From the NCBI GenBank assembly GCA_000934665.2, contig KZ538401.1, positions 1 through 64,000 of the forward strand: 64,000 bases of DNA, given 5' to 3'. Source of the stretch: Catajapyx aquilonaris (taxonomy: Eukaryota). The notes under the pieces are model-generated. The model saw only the letters and a list, made by a program, of their open reading frames with translations, did not search any database and was not told the origin of the DNA. The first letter of the stretch is position 1. Every line of letters begins with the position of its first letter. Shown here one piece after another: positions 27,154-38,142 of the stretch. The translations under genes were made by a program, and so were the position numbers.

Positions 27154-27230
27154 ACTACATATGTAATGACGTACCGGTATGTAACTACATATGTAATTAC
27201 GTACCGGTACGTAACTACATATGTAACTAC
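27154..27230. repeat. 30-bp minisatellite, ~2.5 units, built of palindromes
   Basis: Unit ACTACATATGTAATTACGTACCGGTACGTA. Confidence 0.9.
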
Positions 27231-27443
27231 TACTAATAACTTATGCAGGTCAAATCAGGCCAAAAGAAGACCATGGTCTCTAATCAGGCCATTTTTCTTT
27301 TTCTCGCCTGCAAGCAACTTATGACAACAGTTGATGGCATACATATAATCTGTATATGACTCCCATTGTGGGGTATAATTTCTGTCCCGCTGAGTGACCA
27401 ATCATTTCCGGAAAAAAAATAATCAGAAGTTGGCGGAACTTTA

Positions 27444-27628
27444 GACGCTGCCCCAAAAGTCTGGACACAAGTAATTGAATTGAATTGTTGGTTGCCAGTT
27501 GTACCAACAAACCTTTCCCTTCAAGAACTCAACCTTTACTGGCTATCAACAACACGCTACAGTTGGCACAACTGACAACCAAGAATTCAGTTCAATTACC
27601 TCTGAGGCCATACTTATGGGGCACCTTG
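27444..27628. mobile_element. Diverged MITE, same family as 40099-40290
   Basis: AAAGTCTGGA...GTAATTGAATTGAATTGTTGGTTGCCAGTTGT / ACAACTGACAACCAAGAATTCAGTTCAATTAC...GGGGCACCTTG. Confidence 0.75.
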
Positions 27629-30010
27629 CAGTTTAGGAAGGTGGTATTCATAAAGCGAGAAGTTTTAGCATCCAGTTTAAATTAACTAGAGACTGAAATA
27701 CTGTCGAATCCCCTAATGCATTATCCGTTATGACTGTGCTTGGGTTGAACTGACCAGTGACTGTTGCTTTGCAATATTGGTCAAGTGTCCTCTGTTATGG
27801 CTTTGTAACACCAATTATTCTCCTCCATGGAAAAAAGGTGCAATTACATTACCTGCTAACTGAATTGAACCTTTTCCCCACTCTGTTGATTGTTAACTAC
27901 TCGATACCGGAACTGTCATTGTGCAATGTACCACATCGCACACTATGGGGTTATGACCCCTATTATGTAATGTGGCTATGCCACGTTTAATGTTTATGAT
28001 TATTTATTTAAAATATCTTTGTCTTCTCTCGGAGACCTTGGCTTAACCGGCCACTCACCGCTGTCAGTGCTCGTCGACTCCTTGGCGCCGATTCGGCCGT
28101 GGCAATTATGGAAAATAGTGCTGCATTTTCAGACTAGTGCAGTACACGTGTTGAGACCACAGGAATTTGGCAGTCGAAATGGGTGGTGATATTGGTGCCG
28201 GGGGAACGTTAAGCTGATCATTAAATATCGTAATATTAAAGTAATTTTATTGCCAAGAATACTAGAAGGGTTTGCATTCGCAGGTCACAGGGCTTGTCAT
28301 TTCTGTTTTCAGTTTTGTGAGCATGTCCCATAGAGGCATAGACAACAAATGTGTCCTGAAGAATGAATAAATCCACAGGCAATAGGGATAGAAGCCTGTT
28401 ATTATGGGCACAGTTCACAGAGTTAGCAAAAACTATTACATTGTACATGTACTGGCTTTCGAATTTCACCAAAGGATCCCTATAGCTCAGGATCGATTTT
28501 GTGGTGTAGACTACCACAATAATATGCAGCGAAAGTTGTTCCAAATAAAATTAGACGAAAAATTGAAACTCAGTTATGGAATATCTGTTCTCCAAATAGT
28601 GAGCACCTGGTTTAACAGTTCATAATGATTTGCACATTTTTCATACTTAAAATGGCCACAGGAGGAGCTAGGATGCTCCCTGAATTTTAATATTAATATT
28701 TATGACAATGGTACATAGTGGCCTATTTTTAGACGCACAAAATTACATTTCACTTAAACTTACCTTAGCCTACAATATTATTGATGCTGCTTCAACAATG
28801 TGACAAAGCGTCAAATGGAGTTAACAAATAGCAAATTTAATCCTGGCAGGGATACTTTCTACTATGTTAACCAACCATTTCGATGAGTGTTTAAATGACA
28901 TGGCATGACTTCTAACTTGTGTCGTACAGTATGTTAAGTTATCCTCTCATGTGCACTCACACCTGCAAACCAAGTCATTTTAACAATACAGTACATCAAG
29001 GGAGCCGCTTTTTAGTTCAATGACATGCATACATGTGAGAAGAGAGGGTGGGATTTCCAAGGGAGGGTGGGCTAATTTCACTTTCCGTACTTCCTTTGTT
29101 GTCACCAGACCTTTCATGCTGTAGTGTAAACAAGGGAGTGCATGTGTTCCCGGAAGGGACAGGTGAAAACACAGTAAAGGCTAGGCTAAAGCGCAGTTTG
29201 GACAGATTCGGACCGATGTACAGTATACAGGTAATCACTCGTACTGTACGTGAAAACCTTTAAAGGGACAGTCCACTATATTGATACAAGTTGGTCCGTA
29301 AAAATCGTGCCAAAAATCAGATTTCCGACGGTGCAGTCTGTTTGTCTCTCATCAGAACGGTAACCCCAGGGCGAGAGGTCAGATTTATAAAATGATAGTC
29401 TCCCGCTCAGCGAATGGCGACGCCTGGTGGCAAACCCCCCCCCCCCCCCCCNCCCCCCCCAGGCGGCAGGCAGGTGGGGTCGGGTAGGGGCCTAAACGCT
29501 ATTTTTAGCAGCAGTTCTTGACACAAGTAACTGCTAATGACACGTCCCTCGCCTAGGCTGGCCTAGGCCAGTGTCGGCAGTGCGTGCTACACCTAATTGT
29601 TTAACAACAAAATGACTAATGTTGTAGACTGGCATACATCAATAGTGCTTCAAATTGGAATTAGTAATTTAAACAGAGGCATTAGTAATATTCTGGGCCC
29701 TAACACATATTAGCTGCTACACTCAAACGCGTCGCGGTTATTCCAAGATCGCGTAGTTCAGTGATTCTGTTCCGGGACGGAATGTCATGGAAAAAGAGAG
29801 TGCGCGCGACCTGATACGGAGGCTAACGAGGCAGTCAGAAGCACCAACTTTTCAGACTGTCTCCGTCCCATAGGCTGCATGGGATCCTTCCGTACCAATT
29901 TGAGCCATACGATAAGTCCAGACAGATATGGTGGGTTGGAAACTGAGCTGGCACAATCACCCGCCCATGATCTTAGAATACTCAGGTCTGGTCACTCCCA
30001 CCCACCCGCT

Positions 30011-30047
30011 GCACCCGCTGCAAAACCCCCCGTTTTGCAGCGGGTGC
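30011..30047. repeat. Perfect 16-bp GC-rich hairpin
   Basis: GCACCCGCTGCAAAAC-CCCCC-GTTTTGCAGCGGGTGC. Confidence 0.9.
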
Positions 30048-30747
30048 TCACCTGAGAGCGCCATGAGACATTTCCCGGGCAAAACATTTCTTTGATCTTG
30101 GTGAGAATATTCAATGTGCATGTAAGTTATTTCAGCTGTTTTACTGTGCATCATAGAATACTGTACTTCAAATTGACCTTGAAATATTACTTGCATATTG
30201 GCATCCTTGCTGGTCACATGATTCAAAACAGACCGTCTGGATCCCGGCAACTTTTTCTGACCAGAATAATTTCCCATGCAGACTATATTTTCACGTAAGC
30301 AGGCCTTCAACTATAATATATGTACCTCGCATGGTTCACTACTCTGAGCAAATGTGCCTTCTGTTCTCCTGCCTGCTCGTGTACTTGGTGGATAAACTTT
30401 GGCACACGAGTACCACCTTGATGCAGTACGGCCACAAAATCGGGCATGATGCCCAAAATTTCCACCTGTTTGTACATATATATGTGAGCTCCATTCTGAA
30501 ACACTCGGCATTGACGAATCTGTCAGTAACAGTTTTTCCGCTGAAAGGAACGCCCAGAATATGTTCCAATATTGATTCCGCAATGTTCCACAGCAAAATC
30601 CATCATATAACAGATCCTGTCTTATATTGCTATTGGTGGTTGGTGAGGCCTCACTCGCTAAAGAAAGACGTAGCTAGGAAAATAAGGACAGCTCATCAAT
30701 CAGCATCGAGATCCTCTTGTCGCAGTCCGCAGCACTGTTCCAAGTAT

Positions 30748-30806
30748 CCATCCTTCATATGGAAATGAGGTGGGGGGGGGGGGGAGCATTCCCATATGAA
30801 GGATGG
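30748..30806. repeat. 20-bp inverted repeat around a poly-G loop
   Basis: CCATCCTTCATATGGAAATG ... G-run ... CATTCCCATATGAAGGATGG, with one mismatch. Confidence 0.85.
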
Positions 30807-33800
30807 GAGGGGCCGCGGATGTCATACAGTATTTCCAACCAAAAGCGATTAAAATTTAGATTAGTTATAAGTAGACTACTTGTGTGAGTGTTTTTGACTA
30901 CTCAACATTGAGTCCCGAATCATCAAATAAGCTATTTTTCTATTTAACTGGCATATTTTGAAATTACTCAAATATTGATCTCTCTTTCCTATAAGTTCAC
31001 CTTTTTCAGTTATTTTAACATTCACAGTACATTACATTGATTCAGAAAACCCTTATGTCAGAACTACAGTATTCTAGGAAATTACTGTAGGCCTACCTTC
31101 GTTTTGCTTATACTATTGAATACTTTTAGTGCACAAAATAATGCTCGATCGCGTCTACCAGTAGTGCTAATTCTTGAGGCACACGACCTACAGTACCCTA
31201 TATCATTCTTGCTTAGTAGGATCCTCTCTGGTCAGAAATTTACAGCTCGTTGGTGATTTGGCAAAGCTGGTGTGCTTTTAATAGCAAGCCAAGTACGAAA
31301 AGACGCAAAGAATGAAACTTTCAAATTAGGCCCGTATCCGTCGAGAAAAGTCCCGGGGAGCAAAAGTTGTGTGAAATGTCGTGTAAATCGGATTGAGGAT
31401 TCTGGGAGTCTGGAGGACGCTTTGGGGAGGCTCCCTGCTGCCGGGTGTGCCGCCTCTCTCTCCAATCATGGTGGCGCAACGCAGTGCTGCAACCACGGTC
31501 GAAGGAGTATTCCTTTCTCAAATCGAATAATCTAGGAGTCGGGATGATGATGCCCTCTGCCCTTCTTTCTCTCTGAATAAAAACAAGCACTATCCTGCTG
31601 TTGGCGTCCATCATGCAAGGGTCTCCTCAATTCAGCTCTGGGTGCCAAGGAGATGTTATCTACTGTACTGTGCACTTGGGGTGGGTAAACATACTATATA
31701 TATGAACTGACACGCATGAATGAACGAAAGTGTTCCGCCTCGAAAATCAAGGTTCCATTCACCACCGTGCCTGGGGGNGAGAGAGATTTTACTATGCGAG
31801 GAGCCCTCATTTGCATTCCAAGTCTGCTAAAAAGAGTCAAGTTATGAGACCCAGAATTCCTGGCGGAATAACCATTCAGGCGATAAATATGGCCGCAAGG
31901 TACCAATTCATAACGGTGTACAAGTGCCTCAATGTCGCTTTTGTCTTCCTTTATTAAAACTGATCGCATTTAACCTTCATCACTCGGGAAAAGACCTAGT
32001 GCAGTAGGGTTTTCGGTGCGATTGGAGCGTAGGTGCCACATCTCTTCATTTTGCGTGCTCAAAAATGATCAGTGATTAATTATGTTCCCATTGTAGCCGC
32101 ATTTTAACACCTCATTATTTTGCTGCATGCAGTTCACGTCCCTTTCTGGACCCACTATTCAAATTATGCCATTAACTTTTTTTGCCCTCTTGCGAATAGA
32201 GCCGCCGCGGCGCAGGTTTCATCATCATCAGACCTGCACACCTTCGGTTGGACTAAATACTCTACAATTGCACCGACGAGTCTAAATGGACTCTGCGGCG
32301 ATGCCTCCTTAAGGACGGATAGTTTGCGTCATCCGCCGCAGCAGAAAACGTTGCATAAATTTGCCCCCCNNNNNNNNNNNNNNNCCCCCCCCCCCCCCAC
32401 TCCCTTTTCTTATTCAGCGTTTCCTGAGTGCTCTGAAACGCAACGTGAAATCGCTCGGCAAGCATGAGACGAATTTTCAAGTGGTGAAGACCCAGAAAAG
32501 ACCGCTCTCGGTCTCAAACTGTGCCTCGGCCATGTATTTTCAAATGCCATTTGTCTCCTCCTCTTCGCCAGTCCTCCCATCATTCCTCCAGAGCGCTCAG
32601 GCAGAAGACAAAAGTGAAGCTGGAGCACCGGTTGGGGAAATCACATTAGAGTCGGAGGAACGCTCGGCCTTACATAATAATTCCTTCAGGTAGCCCCATG
32701 GACTCGGGAAAACCTAAGGGAAAGGCCCGCTCATGCGAACTGCCACTTAATTAAATTGCGGTCTCATGTCGGACATTCCAGCCCTGTCTTTTACGTCTCA
32801 GTTTGTTAGGCAGCCCACCCCTCTTAGCATGTGCTGTGTAAATGGGTCTGTCCAGCGGCTAATTTGAACCCTGACGGGTATGCAACCCAACAAGTGCTGC
32901 AAACACCGCCAAGAGGAAGAACAAGGGATCTGGTCGAATCTGCGCACACTCCAGGCCTGAACCCCCACCACCCTGTCGGCCACCCCCGTGTAAAGTTGTG
33001 TCGGCGAGCAGCAGTTTGCAGAAGCGTGTTTCCCGCAGTCGCAGGCGAGCCTTCCCGCCAATCCGGCCAGGAGCACTCTCACCTGCTCTTTTCCGCGGTT
33101 ACACACAATCTCGGCGTGATTTTCCTGTTGTTTTTTTTTTCTTTCAAACCAGCGTTTTTGGGCCTGTTCCGACCGAAGTGCGGATGCGGATGAGACCATA
33201 CTAAATCTTCCTTCCTTTTGCTGCTGCTGATTTAGAGGCTCTTTGTCGCCGTTCCAACGGGTGAGTAGTCTAGCTAACTGTTCCACTCCGTCATCATGTC
33301 ACTCGGCGGGCCTTAAACGCCCGCGCTTTTTGCTCTGCGGCGCCGCAACATCCTACCAGTAATGCTTCTCCTGTGTTACTACCAGTCTTTGCACTTTTCT
33401 TCACTTTGGGTGGCCGAAAACACGGCGTGTCTGGCATGCCGGCGGCGCACCGTTTACAGAAGCATGGATGACTTATTCGGCGGCATGTTAGCCTCAAAAC
33501 TTCATTTTCCAGGTGACCGCGATCGATTTGGTACACCAGCTAGTGATTATTTAAACAAAACTGACGCCATTTAAAGTTAGGGACCAAGTTAGGCCAACAC
33601 GCAATCACATCGTTACCTACCTCAAAGTCTACCTTAAAATGTTTGCGGCTATCACGCAAGCAGAAAGTAATATTATAGGAGTGTCCATCAGGCAAGCCTT
33701 TAGGATCAAGTCTTGCACAAAGTTGATCCATTGTAAAGAGTGATTAGGGCAATGGAAGCTAATTGTTGATAAATTCTGGAGCTAACAAAAGAGGTTTTTG

Positions 33801-34452
33801 GTTGTGATGCAAAAGCCTGGGGACTAATTAAAAGTCGTCTGGCTGGAAAGATGTGTTCACCGAGAAGTTGTCTACAGTATGGAGCATCCGTCCGTAAGGA
33901 AACGGAATTCCTCCTGCGCGAGTCTAATCTGCACTCGCTTCCAACTAATGGCCAAGTTGTTTTTGGATACAAGCTGCCTCCTACTTTCCAACTTGGGGAT
34001 ATTGTTTTTGAACTGTCACAAGCCAAAGTTTCAGTTTTTGGATTATATACCCGGCTTTGAATCCAATATTACCCACAGATGCAGCACAGATCCTGGAGAG
34101 AATATTAGCAACATGATATTAAAATTATACTTTCAAGCAGTAATGAAATAACTTGGGTTGTTCCTTTTAATTGCAGCTAATTATGTAGGATTTTGCACCA
34201 CTAATTTCACGTGACTGACGTTTCGTTTCACTTGATATAAGCTCTTACCATAATTTTCTTAATGTTAATTGCATCTTATCTTAAAACCTTTCTACTCAGA
34301 AAGAAAGAAGGCCTGAGGTGCCAGAAGAGTAATGAACAAGGACTCCTCTTTGGCATATGTACGACTGTCAGTTTTTAACTCAAAAAGTTAGTACAAATTT
34401 AAAGGAGTAATATGCGTGGCTTGATAGGCCTATTCCCAGTTATTTAAAAATT

Positions 34453-34548
34453 ATGGGTGGAATTTTCGTCTCACTGATAGTTACTATTTCCAACACTGGT
34501 ACTGCTAAGTTAGCAGTAACTAGCAGTGGGACGAAAATTCCAAAGCAT
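34453..34548. mobile_element. Tiny palindromic element, copy a of 3
   Basis: ATGGGTGGAATTTTCGTCTCACTG...TACTGCTAAGTTAGCAGTAACTAGCAGTGGGACGAAAATTCCA. Confidence 0.75.
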
Positions 34549-34948
34549 ATTGTACACATTTTCCACTCTCGCAAATACACAAAATCAAACGCGCTAAACA
34601 ATTGAATTACATGCTCACTGCTCACAACTTGATATTTGTGCATTAATTTTTCATGAGCAAACCTATTCTTCAAAAAATACATCCCATTATTATTATTATG
34701 CTTACATTGCCTAGATATAGGCTACAGCTGCTAGTAAATAACCTTTCATCCTATTTAGGTGAAAGAAAAACATCCGCCAAAGGTTTACTACTGGGGATGA
34801 GGATTTGCGATGGAGAAAGAAATTGTCTGCAGACTATTTTTTGAAAGAAGTAGAAGAATAATTGGTTACCCCGTGGCTTCGTACGGAATCCTTTTTAAAT
34901 GCCCGCGACTTGATTGAAATGCTGCGCTGCTGATTGCATCTTGATTAT

Positions 34949-36440
34949 ACTATGCAACACTATATTTGTTCATGGAAATTTATCGCTATATCCATGTTCC
35001 TTAGGTCACTCGTAACTCATAATGACCATTCATTTTGTCTGAAATTTGTTTTTGACCTCGGGGCAGTCAAAATTCCGAAATCCTCGAATGTAGGGATTTT
35101 TCCCAATCAAGTGGGGCTAAATGTTGTTACACCATCTCGGAATTTGCTGAAAATAATCACAGCTGTACAGTACATACCTATACCATAATACGGCCTATCA
35201 AGTTTCAGCCAAATTGCGAAATACCGTGGGGAAGAAAAAATTGCAAAACTTTGGAAATTGGGCCTTTTTTGGATTTTTTTTGGTTAGTGGAAGTGATCAA
35301 AACCCAATCAATATACAGGGTGTCCCATCTTTTTTGTCCGAACAGTTATCGGAAAATTGCGCGTAGCTGCTACTTTTTAAGCAGTGACTTGCAACCGGTG
35401 ATTTGTCGGAGGAATGGGGAATGGGGGAAAAAGAGGGTCACACATCCCATGGCATGTGCGGCCCTCTTTTTTCCAGGCTTGACGCTCAATTTTCAGCGGG
35501 CAGCACGTATGCCACTTCAACCTACGATTCGCCGGGAATATTCCCCGTTCCTCCGAAAAATAACCGTTTGCAAGTCACTGCTTAAAAGTAGCAGCTACGC
35601 GCAATTTTCCGATAACTGTTCGGACAAAAAAGATGGGACACCCTGTGTACATCAAATGAAAGAGAAACACAAGGGAAATGCGGCTATGAAATTTGTTTTC
35701 CTCTGAAATGCAACCAGAAAAAACACAATTATGTGACATTTCATCAGTCACATGTCCAAGAATTTATCTCCATTTAAATTAATGGTAATTTGGCGAAACA
35801 TATATACAGTATTATTTTTCTCGCGAGCCACGCATGACCCAGGATTGAAACTGAACACATTGAATCTTGCATGGGTCGCAACTCCTGTTACCAAATATGG
35901 CTGCTCTTACGCAAATACGTATAGTACATCACTATATTGTTGGGGTATAAATACGGACATGTGACTGAGCATAATTATGTGACCGATGGAATGCCATAAC
36001 TGACATGTTTTTCTGGGTGCATTTTCGAGAAAAACAAATTCCATATGAGCATTCTCCTCGCGGTTCTTTTCAATTTGACGTATATGTTGATTGGGTATTG
36101 ATCACTTCCAATATCTGAAAAATTTATCCAAAAAAGGTCCAATTTCCAAATTTTCGCGATTTTTTCCTCCCCACAGTATTTCGCAATTTGTATGAAACTT
36201 GATTTGCAGTGTCATGGCATATCTGTGTACAGCTGTGATTCTTTTCCAGCAAATCCAAGATGGTGTAGCAACATTTAGGCCCACTTGATTGGGGAATATG
36301 GCTATATTTGAGGATTTTTGTTTTTTGACTGCCACGAGGTCAGAAACAAATCGAAAACAAAATGAATGGTCATTATGAGTTACGAGTGACCTAAGGAACA
36401 CGAAAATGGTGATGAATTTCCATCGACAGAAAAAAAGTGT
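34949..36440. mobile_element. Foldback-like element, copy 2, carrying a nested MITE
   Basis: Starts ACTATGCAACAC like copy 1. Same arms and spacer (CTCGCGAGCCA.GCATGACCCAGGATTGA; CCAAATATGGCTGCTCTTACGCAAATAC). Right boundary is approximate. Confidence 0.9.
35316..35645. mobile_element. Young Tc1/mariner-type MITE, 330 bp, ~105 bp TIRs
   Basis: TA|CAGGGTGTCCCATCTTTTTTGTCCGAACAGTTATCGGAAAATTGCGCGTAGCTGCTAC... is mirrored almost perfectly up to ...GATGGGACACCCTG|TG. It is absent from the three paralogous foldback arms. Confidence 0.93.
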
Positions 36441-37765
36441 TTTTTTAAAGCAACGGGAGTATCCTGAGAAAATCCACGCAAACACGGAGAGAACGCATCG
36501 AAACTCTTTCCGCATGAGGTGTCTTCCGCTCGAGCCGAGGATTGAAAGCGGGACGTCAGAAGTGGAAGGCTGTGGACTAACCACTTTGCCACTGCCATCC
36601 CTAACTTTTGAAAAATAATACCAAAATAATTTTCCAAAAATAGGACCGCAGACGTGCATATATGCACCTGCCTTAGGACGGTAAAAACTACTGCAAGCCT
36701 CAAGCACATTGCCTACTCAGGGGTGGAACTAGGGTAGTTCAGATGGTTCGGTCGAACCCCTGGGCTTAAGGGCCCTTTTACGAAAATGAACCGGTAGAGA
36801 AATAAATAATTAATAATACTGGGAAAACAATAAGCTACAGTATGAGCAGTAAGAGCAGAATGATTCCTTCTGCAGCCCGCAAAGGGCCCGTGCAAGGGCC
36901 TATTATTTGTAGGGCCACGCTACACTGTGACATTGGGAGAATTTTGGTGGACGAAATATCATGATATTTAGCATCCTTTTCCCCCGTGCTTCCCCTTTTC
37001 TGCTGTCACCCCCCTCAATATTAGAGAGCCTTCGCATTATTTTGGTGTAATGGTCTGTAACAGCTCTGTGTTAAGATTGTTAGTTTCTTTTCTGGAATTT
37101 CTAGAATAATACAATATATGCAACAAAGTAGCCTACCATCAGCTTATTTTCGCCAAAGCATTCTTTTGCAGAACTGCGTAGGATGTTTATTCTTCTACCA
37201 ATCTTCTAGAAAAAAAGAGTTGTTTTATATCGGCTGGCCATAATTTTCTCTGCCAATTGACCGCGTTTCCCGAAAATGTTTCTCCTACAGCAGGTAGTAC
37301 GTATACGGCATAGGCTATATCCTATATGCAGTTTGAATTATTGTAGTCATCTCCAGCCCATGTCAACAATATATTATTAAACAAAGTGGTTTTTGGAGTC
37401 ACACTTTTCGTACGGTATAATTTTGAACAAATAATTAAAATATATTGTATTCTCTCAACGCTTCTTGTTTCTTTCACGAACGTCTGTGAGATTTCCACTG
37501 ATACAGATTTCAGCTTATACCCTTGATAGGCCGAAGAGGAGCGGGTGACAGGGGACGAATAATGAACTCTTGTCTAGGACGGTAAAAAAAAAAAGATCAA
37601 TCATGCTATACCATTCACAGTTGGACCTAACTGAATTGTACTAAAATGGAAGCAAATATTAATATTTGCAAATATCGCTACATAGAAGACTAGAGAAGTT
37701 AAAATATTATTATCCAACTGTGGGTATCTGATGCTGGGCTCCCCAAGGTATTCTTCACTGCTATA

Positions 37766-38142
37766 CACTGTACTCCCGACTATCCGGGGTAATGACTGCA
37801 CGGGTTTTGCCGGATAATAGGTGCACACGGATAATCGGAAAATACATCGTAAAAAAGAGCTATTCAGGGGGGTTTAATGTACTATACTGTATAGTTATAG
37901 AGAGTATGCGGCTTGGTTGAATCAAAATAATAAAACTTACCATAGATTTTTACTTTGCCTTCTAGAAAAAGTCTTGGCGAGACATATTGACAGTGGGTCG
38001 AATTTTCGTCCCACTACTAGTTACTGCTAACTTAGCAGTGGGAGAAAAATTCGATACATTTTTTTTCTTCGAATTTTCATTTCCAATTTTATTTTTTGCC
38101 GATGCACGGATAATCCGCACCCGGATAATCGGGAGTACAATG
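37766..38142. mobile_element. pogo/Tc1-type MITE with TA TSD
   Basis: TA|CACTGTACTCCCGACTATCCGG ... CCGGATAATCGGGAGTACAATG|TA, with repeated CGGATAAT subterminal motifs. Confidence 0.85.
37994..38059. mobile_element. Tiny palindromic element, copy b of 3
   Basis: TGGGTCGAATTTTCGTCCCACTACTAGTTACTGCTAACTTAGCAGTGGGAGAAAAATTCGA. Confidence 0.75.

Noticed and set aside
27154..27230. Palindromic 30-bp repeats as a CRISPR array
   Set aside because: No unique spacers, no cas genes, and a eukaryotic context.
32364..32398. N gap inside poly-C; single Ns also at 1375, 29452, 31778, 38981 and 48474
   Set aside because: Assembly uncertainty at G/C homopolymers, not biology.
34852..34890. Helitron-like terminal hairpin CCGTGGCTTCGTACGG
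   Set aside because: No clear CTRR terminus at the expected spacing and no identifiable other end.
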